Origin: an uncultured virus (IMG/VR IMGVR_UViG_3300043119_000141)
Lineage: Duplodnaviria > Heunggongvirae > Uroviricota > Caudoviricetes
Length of the DNA stretch: 36,441 nucleotides
IMG/VR virus record: IMGVR_UViG_3300043119_000141
Strand: one strand, 5' to 3'
Part shown: piece after piece, positions 1 through 7,173 of the stretch
How positions within the stretch are numbered: position 1 is the first letter of the stretch
Layout: every line of letters begins with the position of its first letter
Position numbers and translations under genes: made by a program
The notes under the pieces: generated by a model
What the model was told of the DNA's origin: nothing
The model's input: only the letters and a program-made list of their open reading frames with translations
Database searches by the model: none

Positions 1-1139
1 TTAGTAATCGCAGTAACAGTACCACCATTAGAGATATTCACCCCTGAACTACCAGCGGCTAGGTCTATTGCTCCTGTTCCTTTGGAGTCAATAACAAATG
101 CAATATTTGAATCACTACCAAGTGCCTTTACCTCAACAGCCTTAGTAGTTGCTGAACCTTGTGTTTGAAAGTAATTTGCTGAACCGCCACCACCAGTAAG
201 CGTAGTAAACGTACCAGCCGCAGGGGTTGTGCCTCCTATGACTGTGCCTTCAATCACCCCGCCGGTGATGGACACGTTGTTGGCGTTCTGTGTGGCAATA
301 GTGCCAAGGCCGCCAATGTCCGCGGCTGTGAGCACCACAGTGCCCGTGAACCCGTTCACCGACGTCACGGCGTCGGTGTTGTCAATTTTCTGCCACACAG
401 AACCGTTGAAGATGATCCAGTCACCCACCACCCAGTCTGCAATGCCGTTGATGTTCGTGCTACCCGCCACAGACACCACGTAGTAGTAGCCCTTTGTGCC
501 AACGCTCGACACGATGGCCGGCACGTTAGTCGCCGCGTTCCACGTGCCCTGATAGCTCACGCCGCCCTGAATTGACGCAGGCAGTTGTGACAGCGGCACC
601 GTGCCACCTGAGTCCAGTGTGGCCGCACCAAATGGAACACCCGCGTTGAGCAATGCCGCAGACCCGTATGTCTGCCACGTTGTTGCGTAGTCTACGTTGC
701 TGAGTTTGACCAGCGCCTGACCTGACGTACCGCCTGTGGGTACACCCGCGCCTGTGGGTCCGGGTATGCCTTGAGGCCCCTGTGGTCCCTCTGGTCCGAC
801 ATTGCCCTGTATGCCCTGAGGTCCCTGAGGCCCTGTGGGTCCCGGCACCCCGCGGTCGCCTGTGTTGCCCTGTGGTCCCTGCGGTCCGGTCTGGCCTGCT
901 GGACCCTGTGGTCCCTCTTGACCCGCGGGTCCAACGTTGCCCTGTGGTCCGGGATCACCTTGGGGTCCCTGCAACCCAGCGGGGCCCTGCGGTCCAGCGG
1001 GTCCTGTGGGTCCCGTAACGCCGCCTTGAAATACCGACGCGGCCACCTTCTTTGTGATGCCCTGCTGGACAACAACGGTCACATCCTCGGCCTGTACATA
1101 GTCCGTGGGTGGTAGTTGAAGGATGCTTATATCGGCCAT
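1..1139 (-). CDS. Collagen-repeat tail fibre/whisker protein (3' end outside window)
   Basis: ATG at 1139; reads [11 protein letters not shown]..., then about 30 G-X-Y triplets (GPT GPA GPQ, ~745-1022), then a G/T/V/N-rich region. Runs off the left edge, so it is absent from the ORF track. Confidence 0.85.
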   Translation of the reverse strand, partial: MADISILQLPPTDYVQAEDVTVVVQQGITKKVAASVFQGGVTGPTGPAGPQGPAGLQGPQGDPGPQGNVGPAGQEGPQGPAGQTGPQGPQGNTGDRGVPGPTGPQGPQGIQGNVGPEGPQGPQGIPGPTGAGVPTGGTSGQALVKLSNVDYATTWQTYGSAALLNAGVPFGAATLDSGGTVPLSQLPASIQGGVSYQGTWNAATNVPAIVSSVGTKGYYYVVSVAGSTNINGIADWVVGDWIIFNGSVWQKIDNTDAVTSVNGFTGTVVLTAADIGGLGTIATQNANNVSITGGVIEGTVIGGTTPAAGTFTTLTGGGGSANYFQTQGSATTKAVEVKALGSDSNIAFVIDSKGTGAIDLAAGSSGVNISNGGTVTAIT

Positions 1140-1142
1140 GTT

Positions 1143-1541
1143 TTAGGTCTTCTTAATATCGCCCGGTGTAGGCTCTTCAGACTCATTACCGTACTCCGCA
1201 GGCGTGAACGCGGCTCCAAAACCAGTACCCACCATGTTGGGGCCCTCGTTGAGCGTGGCGATGTTGGGTGCGTTAGGAATGGGCTTGCCCTTGCCGGGAA
1301 TGGCAACGGACACATCAGGCCTCGGGTGCCTGAGTGTAATATTCTCTGTTTGAATAGCCGCAAGGCGCCATGGATCAAACTGATCTATGTCGTCAGGGCA
1401 CACCATTAGCCCCGGAGAGTTTGGGTCCTCTCGGAGCATGGTGTACGGTAGTTTGCGGCTACATCGGTCGCATACCGCGACGGACAGAACAGTCTGCCCG
1501 CGCGTATCGCAATAAAGGCCGCCGTAAAAGGCGTTACCCAT
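1143..1541 (-). CDS. Phage hypothetical protein with CxxC (possible Zn-binding virion-assembly protein)
   Basis: AVCDRCSRK...PGLMVCPDDID; tightly packed in the late operon. Confidence 0.7.
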   Translation of the reverse strand: MGNAFYGGLYCDTRGQTVLSVAVCDRCSRKLPYTMLREDPNSPGLMVCPDDIDQFDPWRLAAIQTENITLRHPRPDVSVAIPGKGKPIPNAPNIATLNEGPNMVGTGFGAAFTPAEYGNESEEPTPGDIKKT

Positions 1542-1819
1542 TATCGAACCCCGGCTTGAATTACAGTAAGCGTAGGATTAGTGCCGCCAGTTACCTGAAT
1601 AGCCCGGAAGGGCTGGTTCACGATAGGGCTGGCTGGCGCCGCAACCCAAGTCATCACTGGCGGCGTGGGTACTGGGTACCCCTGCGCGTTCAATGGGAAT
1701 GGGTCTGTGTAAGAGATCTGAACGGTACCACCGCCGGTGGCAACGTAAGAAACGTTGACCGGCGCAATGTACTGGTCGATCGGGACGAGGACGTCCGCTC
1801 CAACTGTTACTTGACGCAT
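1541..1819 (-). CDS. Small putative structural protein
   Basis: 92-aa ORF with AAGGA SD; its stop overlaps the next start (TAATG); beta-rich composition. Confidence 0.7.
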   Translation of the reverse strand: MRQVTVGADVLVPIDQYIAPVNVSYVATGGGTVQISYTDPFPLNAQGYPVPTPPVMTWVAAPASPIVNQPFRAIQVTGGTNPTLTVIQAGVR

Positions 1820-1827
1820 GTCAGTCC

Positions 1828-2361
1828 TTAGTTGTTAGTGTAGCCAGCACCGTAGGCCGTGATAGAACCGTCAGGGTTACGTGATGTGTACTGGATGTCA
1901 AACGTGCCGGCCAAAGTACCTGTAATAGCTGTAATAGCTGTTGCAGTGAACGTCACAGTAGCGTCTGTTGTACCAACGTTGTTCAACACTGTGGCCACAG
2001 CGGCAGAGTTAGTGAACGCGATACCAATACGGCCGCCAGTGGTTGTGGGGGTGATCGTACCAACGTCAACGCCTGCAATGTTCACAGTGATCACGCCGCC
2101 TGTCAACGCGGAAGGCGCTGAAGTCTGCAGGAAGAAAATGTGGTTAACAATTGCGCCAGCGGGGATCACAGCGGGGGCCGCTGTGGTTGTGCCAACAGCA
2201 AAAACAGGGATCACACCGGCGGTGCGTGTTGCTGTGATAGGAGCAATGTAGTCCTGTTGAGCACACTGAACTGCGCCTGTGTTATCAGGGGCGATTGTGC
2301 CGTCGTTTGTGGGGTTGTTGCGCTTGAAAACGCGGATGGGGGTGTTAAAAGTTACTGACAT
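1828..2361 (-). CDS. Putative virion structural protein (T/A/G/V-rich)
   Basis: 177-aa ORF downstream of the capsid gene, with its own late promoter motif. Confidence 0.7.
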   Translation of the reverse strand: MSVTFNTPIRVFKRNNPTNDGTIAPDNTGAVQCAQQDYIAPITATRTAGVIPVFAVGTTTAAPAVIPAGAIVNHIFFLQTSAPSALTGGVITVNIAGVDVGTITPTTTGGRIGIAFTNSAAVATVLNNVGTTDATVTFTATAITAITGTLAGTFDIQYTSRNPDGSITAYGAGYTNN

Positions 2362-2388
2362 TTTGATTTACTTTCCATAGAAAGATTA

Positions 2389-2437
2389 CAGCACTGTCTC
2401 TATGGCGTCCGCCCGTGAGCCATACGGGTCAGTGCTG
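2389..2437 (-). ncRNA. Structured leader with pseudoknot, candidate Mu-gpT-DE-like RNA motif
   Basis: P1 CAGCACUG/CAGUGCUG; P2 CCCGU/ACGGG; loop AUGGC can pair with downstream GCCAU. Lies downstream of a Mu-gpT-like capsid gene. The family assignment is from memory, not searched. Confidence 0.55.
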
Positions 2438-2448
2438 ATGAAGGCTCC

Positions 2449-2485
2449 TATAGATAATTACCCATATTGAAGCCTTTATACGCCC
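2449..2485 (-). promoter_or_regulatory. Putative phage late promoter
   Basis: GGGCG-N16-TGGGTAATT-ATC-TATA on the - strand; one of 7 copies. Confidence 0.75.
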
Positions 2486-3001
2486 TTATTCCACAGTGTA
2501 CGCGTTATTCTTGCGCTCGTTCTCCTCCCCCGGAATAACGCGCATATTGCTTGGTGTGTGCAACCCTGAGACGTTCTTACCCCTCAAGGGGATAACATGG
2601 TCTACATGCCAAGGAAACCCCGATTCGCGGGTGCGCATGGCGGCTAGTTGATACAGCGCCTTGATGTGTATGTGGTCAAACTCAGTCAACCAGTTTGGTG
2701 TTCGCTTGTCCTTATCAGCACGGTACTTGGCTGTGTCTGCTGTATGTTTAGCCCTATTTTCCCTCTTATGTTTAGAAAGGATTTGTTTACGTTTGTCTTT
2801 GTTTTCTGATTGCCATGACTTGGCTTTTTCAATATATTCTTCTTTATTTTCTTGGTAGTGATTTTTGGCGTATTCTTTTAACAGCTTTTTATTGGCTTCA
2901 CGCCAAGCTTTAATACGTGCTTTGTTTTTCAAGTCTGATTTTTTAACAGATTCTTTGCGGCGACGAATGCGCTCTTCTTCAGATAGTTTTGGCGGTGCCA
3001 T
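2486..3001 (-). CDS. HNH (homing) endonuclease
   Basis: C-terminal WHVDHVIPLRGKNVSGLHTPSNMRVIPGEENERKNN; basic helical N-terminus; AT-richer than its neighbours. Confidence 0.9.
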   Translation of the reverse strand: MAPPKLSEEERIRRRKESVKKSDLKNKARIKAWREANKKLLKEYAKNHYQENKEEYIEKAKSWQSENKDKRKQILSKHKRENRAKHTADTAKYRADKDKRTPNWLTEFDHIHIKALYQLAAMRTRESGFPWHVDHVIPLRGKNVSGLHTPSNMRVIPGEENERKNNAYTVE

Positions 3002-3079
3002 TGATGTGTCCTTGTATGACTAAAAGATGAGGTAGTTTGTGATACAAGCACAAACAGGGCCGCTAAACCTTTTCCCTCT
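3002..3079 (-). ncRNA. Structured 5' leader of the HNH gene (hairpin plus SD-overlapping pseudoknot)
   Basis: Homologous to 31235-31316 with compensatory changes; see findings. Confidence 0.65.
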
Positions 3080-3116
3080 TATACATAATAACACACTTCC
3101 ACAAAGAAAAACGCCC
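3080..3116 (-). promoter_or_regulatory. Putative phage late promoter
   Basis: GGGCG-N16-TGTGTTATT-ATG-TATA; the GGGCG lies within the capsid terminator stem. Confidence 0.7.
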
Positions 3117-3137
3117 CTCCTTTTCAGGAGAGGCGTT
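3103..3137 (-). terminator. Rho-independent terminator after the major capsid gene
   Basis: - strand AACGCCTCTCCT-GAAA-AGGAGGGGCGTT followed by TTTCTTT. Confidence 0.85.
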
Positions 3138-3173
3138 CAGTACTAAGTTTCTTTACACTTAGTTTATCGACTT

Positions 3174-4091
3174 TTACAAGCCGATGGTGCCATACATATT
3201 CCTTGGATCATGCCATCCTGTAGCATAACGCTCAGAGGCTTTATAACGCATGGAATCTGTTTCAAAGTCCCCTTCACTAGAACGCTCGAGTGGGCGACGC
3301 ATCACCAACATCAAGCCATTCTCAGCGTCGGTTTGAACAAACCAAGCCTTGCTTGAAGACAAACGAGTCACCACGTGGGCGCCGTTTGGCAACATGCCAG
3401 TGGACTTGATAGGGTTCAAATCGTTGTCAGCGCCACCGGAACGCAGGACAGACTTCAAGATAACTTCTGCTTGGAATTCCAAGGCAGGAGGTACCACGAG
3501 TTGCTCCGCTTTCAGGCGAATACGCTTACCGTTGTTGTCCACTGCAGAACGGATCTGAATCAACATCTGTTCAACAGAAGTTTGAGACAAAGATGCCGCT
3601 GTAGACAACTGGTTGCTGAAGGTACGACCTTGGGAGATTGGGTGGTCGCTTGCGATCAATGTTTTACCGTCGCCACCGACATAGCCGGCAGTGAACGCAA
3701 AGTTCAACAAGTTAGCACACAAAGTCTCTTTTGTCTCGATCATGGACTGAGCCAAGTGCTTCGAGAAAGTCGAGCCGATACGGATGTGATCGCCGTCTTC
3801 CATCAAGACTTTGGTCATGGCGTATGCCAAACCATAGATCTTGTAGATGAAGCGGGTGATGAACAAAGTACCACCTTGATCATACGAGACGGGTGTACCG
3901 TCAGGCATCTCAGGGGCTGTGTTCATGCCGAACAACATCACTTCTTCGTGATAGTTACGGGGAATGCCGGTGATCTGGGTTACGAAACCCTTCCACTCGT
4001 CATCACGTTGTTGGTATACACCATCAAAGACTTCATTGAGGATAGGTTCGACTACCGCTCTAAAGTCCGTACTGCGCATTGGGGTTGCCAT
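3174..4091 (-). CDS. Major capsid protein (Mu gpT-like, HK97 fold)
   Basis: 305 aa with GGDGKTLIASDHP, LVVPPALEFQA..IL, LSSSKAWF and ERYATGWHDPR motifs; strong AAGGA SD; followed by a terminator. Confidence 0.9.
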   Translation of the reverse strand: MATPMRSTDFRAVVEPILNEVFDGVYQQRDDEWKGFVTQITGIPRNYHEEVMLFGMNTAPEMPDGTPVSYDQGGTLFITRFIYKIYGLAYAMTKVLMEDGDHIRIGSTFSKHLAQSMIETKETLCANLLNFAFTAGYVGGDGKTLIASDHPISQGRTFSNQLSTAASLSQTSVEQMLIQIRSAVDNNGKRIRLKAEQLVVPPALEFQAEVILKSVLRSGGADNDLNPIKSTGMLPNGAHVVTRLSSSKAWFVQTDAENGLMLVMRRPLERSSEGDFETDSMRYKASERYATGWHDPRNMYGTIGL

Positions 4092-4111
4092 GTGCTACTT
4101 CCTTTCTTTAG

Positions 4112-4711
4112 TTATTCTACGTTAGCGGCAACGAACACGTCGTTAGCGAGCTTGACTTGCACAACTGTTGCTGTATCACCCCAAGCATTATTGATTTCAC
4201 GGCCGAGACCTGTGACTTGCATTTGTGCTTGTGTGCCGACAGCTACTGCTGTAGGATCCAACGCGGCAGTTGAGGTGCCCAGACCACCGTTGCCGATGAT
4301 TTGACCAGATGTCACTGCTGTGAAGTTGAATTCTTGGCCGACTTGTGTGTTGGCGATCGAGCCGTTGGCTTGAACTTCATACACAATTTCGGGGTCCATG
4401 AAAATCCACATCACGACGTCGGTGGCTGTACCCAAAGCTGGGCCAAACCATTTGCTGACCGTGCGGCGGCCAGATGCGTCGGTGTATTCAACACCGGCAA
4501 ACACGCCAGCCAAACGCTTGTTTGCTGTGGGTGTGTTGCTTGCTACTACGAGAGTAGATACGCCTGCAGTCGTTGCTTCATCGAGAGAGACAGGGGTACC
4601 GCTGTAGAATACTGCACTGGTGTCATAGGCACCGGTGAAATTCAACGAACGGATAATGCCGCTAGGATGATATACGGGCTTCAGGCCAAAAGGAGCATAA
4701 GTTGCGCTCAT
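4112..4711 (-). CDS. Putative head structural/decoration protein
   Basis: N-terminal APFGLKPV, A/G/T/V-rich, immediately upstream of the major capsid gene. Confidence 0.7.
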   Translation of the reverse strand: MSATYAPFGLKPVYHPSGIIRSLNFTGAYDTSAVFYSGTPVSLDEATTAGVSTLVVASNTPTANKRLAGVFAGVEYTDASGRRTVSKWFGPALGTATDVVMWIFMDPEIVYEVQANGSIANTQVGQEFNFTAVTSGQIIGNGGLGTSTAALDPTAVAVGTQAQMQVTGLGREINNAWGDTATVVQVKLANDVFVAANVE

Positions 4712-4732
4712 TGTTTTGGTTCCTTAAAGTTG

Positions 4733-5290
4733 TTAATTAAACCGCAAATGGTTTGCGGCTCTGTGTGCATCTTTTTCCATCTCCAAGAGGCCACCTTCCA
4801 GAATAGAGCGTCCACCCTTACCACCTTCAGCCTGTGAACGCACCGTCGCAGTAATATTGCGCTGGTGTTCCAAAGGATCATCGTGGTGAAGCATTTTTGC
4901 CACTTCCTGATAAATGTCATCCGGGATCTTGAATAAGATCATCTCATTACAAGATATACAACCTTCAAACTTGCCCGAGCTCATCTTGCCTAAGTGTTCA
5001 AAGCCTTTTCCTAATTCAGCGGCTTTCACTGGCTCATAACCCAACGCGATGCGTTTGTCGATTGAATCATACTGGTTTGTCGTTGACAGCCAGCAGAGGT
5101 GCATACCGGGCAATAACCCACCCGGCACGTCCGGCAGTGCGTTGTTGGACCATTTGTCCCGAAAAGCCTCCAGCCTTTCACGCCTCACTGCTTCATCTGG
5201 CGAAGACACTTCGTTCCTCGCCTTCAGTTCATCAACACGTCCTTGCAGACGGTCGTCTAAATCTCGTGTAATTCGATTGTTAGCCATCAT
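4733..5290 (-). CDS. Phage head-module hypothetical protein
   Basis: 185-aa ORF between scaffold and capsid genes (LP...GMHLCWL...GYEPVKA). Confidence 0.7.
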   Translation of the reverse strand: MMANNRITRDLDDRLQGRVDELKARNEVSSPDEAVRRERLEAFRDKWSNNALPDVPGGLLPGMHLCWLSTTNQYDSIDKRIALGYEPVKAAELGKGFEHLGKMSSGKFEGCISCNEMILFKIPDDIYQEVAKMLHHDDPLEHQRNITATVRSQAEGGKGGRSILEGGLLEMEKDAHRAANHLRFN

Positions 5291-5297
5291 TTACCCC

Positions 5298-6320
5298 TTA
5301 TTTCGTTACTCGGTTCTTACGGTCAAACTCAGCGTAGTTGCGGATCGCTTTGGCTCGCTTGGATGGGTCGTCCCACATACCAGCGTCTTTAAGCGCCTGC
5401 ACACGTTCGCGGCTCAGTGTGAATGTGTTCTTAGCGATTGCGCTACCACTCACGTCTGTGCGGCCACTTGATGTGCCTCCGCGGCGGTTACGGTCGTTGC
5501 CGCTACCACTGCTTACTTTGCTCGTATACCGATGAGGTAAACGTTCTTTCAATCGATTGTCCAGCTCGTCCCAGTACTCTGGGTCTGCTGGGTCCCAACC
5601 TTCACTGGCCAGTGCATTGTCAATCACCTTGGCAATGCGGCTGTCCGTATCCTTACCGCTGGGGTCATACCAACGGTTTGAGTTCAGCCATTCTGTGGCG
5701 TTTTGCTGAACAACCTCAGTGACCGGACTCGGTACGTTGTTACGGGGCTGTTTGGCCTCTTCCAACTGTTTCTGTTTGAGCAGTTGAACCTGCGCCAACT
5801 TGTTCTTGGCGTTGTAGAACTGCTCCATGTATTCCATCTGCTCGGCCACGTTGCCCGCCTGCGCGGCCTGCGTTGCCTTCATCTTCGCATACTCAACGCG
5901 CGTTGTCTCGTCCTCTAACAAGCGGTCGATCTGAGCAAACTGGAATCCTACTGCGGCGTTTTCCACTTGGGCCAGTCGGCGCTCAAGGGTCTCGTTGCGG
6001 CGTTCCAGTGCACTGATCTTATGCTTTGCACTTGCCTCGCGTTGCTTAGTGAGGTCCTTCTTCAGGCGGCGCTCTTCTCGACGCGCGGCTCGCAGGGCCT
6101 CTCTATCTTCATCCGTTTCGTCCGCATCATTAGTCTCGCCACCTTCAGCAAAACCTTCTGCGTCGTCGTCGTCTTTATTGTCGTCGGCTTCTTTGTTCTC
6201 TTCTTCACCCTCGAAAGGGTCTTTGTGATCTTCCATGGCCGCTAACACGGTGCCATCATCACGCTCTTTAATTGCAATGTCCTCGCCGGACTGCATCTCA
6301 GCTTTTTGCACTGATTTCAT
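5298..6320 (-). CDS. Putative scaffolding protein
   Basis: Acidic N-terminus, long coiled coil, and position between portal/GroES and the capsid gene. Confidence 0.65.
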   Translation of the reverse strand: MKSVQKAEMQSGEDIAIKERDDGTVLAAMEDHKDPFEGEEENKEADDNKDDDDAEGFAEGGETNDADETDEDREALRAARREERRLKKDLTKQREASAKHKISALERRNETLERRLAQVENAAVGFQFAQIDRLLEDETTRVEYAKMKATQAAQAGNVAEQMEYMEQFYNAKNKLAQVQLLKQKQLEEAKQPRNNVPSPVTEVVQQNATEWLNSNRWYDPSGKDTDSRIAKVIDNALASEGWDPADPEYWDELDNRLKERLPHRYTSKVSSGSGNDRNRRGGTSSGRTDVSGSAIAKNTFTLSRERVQALKDAGMWDDPSKRAKAIRNYAEFDRKNRVTK

Positions 6321-6331
6321 AACGAAATCCC

Positions 6332-6760
6332 TTATTCAACAAATGCGGGGAACATGGTCCTCGCTGTTTCAAAACTATCAATTGCACAAATGACCTCACG
6401 GTCCTGCAAAATGATAAACACTACCTCGCCGTCACCGTGCGGTACCGCCCAGCGGTCGCCACCGTACTTGATCACGCGAACTAGATCTCCCGGCTCTGCC
6501 CAAGGGCCTTCTGGCCATGGTTGCAAAGTGTTAAGATCTTTATAAGCCAGTGGACCTACACCAACGACCTTTGCAATTACCTCGTTCCATTTCTCTGTGG
6601 CTTTTGTATCATTAACTAAAATGATGCCGCCCTTTGAAACGTCCTTGGCTTTTCGCAATTGAACGATGATTCGGTTGCCTTTCAGCTTCACACCCGGATC
6701 AACAACCGGGAAACAGTCGGATTCGCTCCGGCCGTCGACCTGATATTTACTCTCAGTCAT
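6332..6760 (-). CDS. groES: Co-chaperonin GroES-like protein
   Basis: GNRIIVQ...SKGGIIL...AKVVGVGP...GDLV...KYGG...IILQDREVI matches the Cpn10 pattern. Confidence 0.9.
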   Translation of the reverse strand: MTESKYQVDGRSESDCFPVVDPGVKLKGNRIIVQLRKAKDVSKGGIILVNDTKATEKWNEVIAKVVGVGPLAYKDLNTLQPWPEGPWAEPGDLVRVIKYGGDRWAVPHGDGEVVFIILQDREVICAIDSFETARTMFPAFVE

Positions 6761-6942
6761 TCAGATTCCTCGTCCTCTTTCAGGACACTGTTGATAATAT
6801 CCAAAGCCTCTTTCAGACCTTGGCCTCTTCCTACTAGCTGGTTGTATTTGTCCCAGCTTTCGACTCCATTCAAAACGGCGCCTTGCAAAAACTCGACCGC
6901 CTCTTTGATCTTGAAGATCGATTCGTACAACGGGTCTTTCAT
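6757..6942 (-). CDS. Small hypothetical protein
   Basis: AAGGAG SD; GVESWDKYNQLVGRGQGL; ATGA overlap with groES. Confidence 0.75.
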   Translation of the reverse strand: MKDPLYESIFKIKEAVEFLQGAVLNGVESWDKYNQLVGRGQGLKEALDIINSVLKEDEESE

Positions 6943-6955
6943 CAAAAACCCTCCT

Positions 6956-6992
6956 TATAACTAAGTACACACAATTGTGTGTACTTCCGCCC
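6956..6992 (-). promoter_or_regulatory. Putative phage late promoter overlapped by a 24-bp palindrome
   Basis: GGGCG-N16-TGTGTACTT-AGT-TATA; perfect palindrome AAGTACACACAATTGTGTGTACTT at 6963-6986. Confidence 0.75.
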
Positions 6993-6996
6993 TACA

Positions 6997-7173
6997 TTAT
7001 TTTTTAAGGCCCTTGCTGTTCACTGGGGGCACTTGGTACAGAGGTGCCTTGGGTGCTTGCTTAGAGCCAGATGGGCCTTTTTCTACAGGTGACCCGGGGC
7101 CGCCAGCGTAGCCGGGCTTGCCTGTGATCATGTAGCTTTTACGAAAACCCATGTTGTCGTTTGATGTTGCCAT
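6997..7173 (-). CDS. 58-aa hypothetical protein (not in ORF track)
   Basis: MATSNDNMGFRKSYMITGKPGYAGGPG...GLKK*; AGGAG SD; TAATG overlap with the portal stop. Confidence 0.7.
   Translation of the reverse strand: MATSNDNMGFRKSYMITGKPGYAGGPGSPVEKGPSGSKQAPKAPLYQVPPVNSKGLKK

Noticed and set aside
692..1115. Repetitive ORFs in alternative frames (RDPQ/LWSL repeats)
   Set aside because: Shadow frames of the collagen G-X-Y coding repeat.
3375..4304. 309-aa + strand ORF and other long antisense ORFs (e.g. 27967-28581, 29627-30247, 35382-36038)
   Set aside because: Antisense shadows of well-supported genes, with no motifs or SD.
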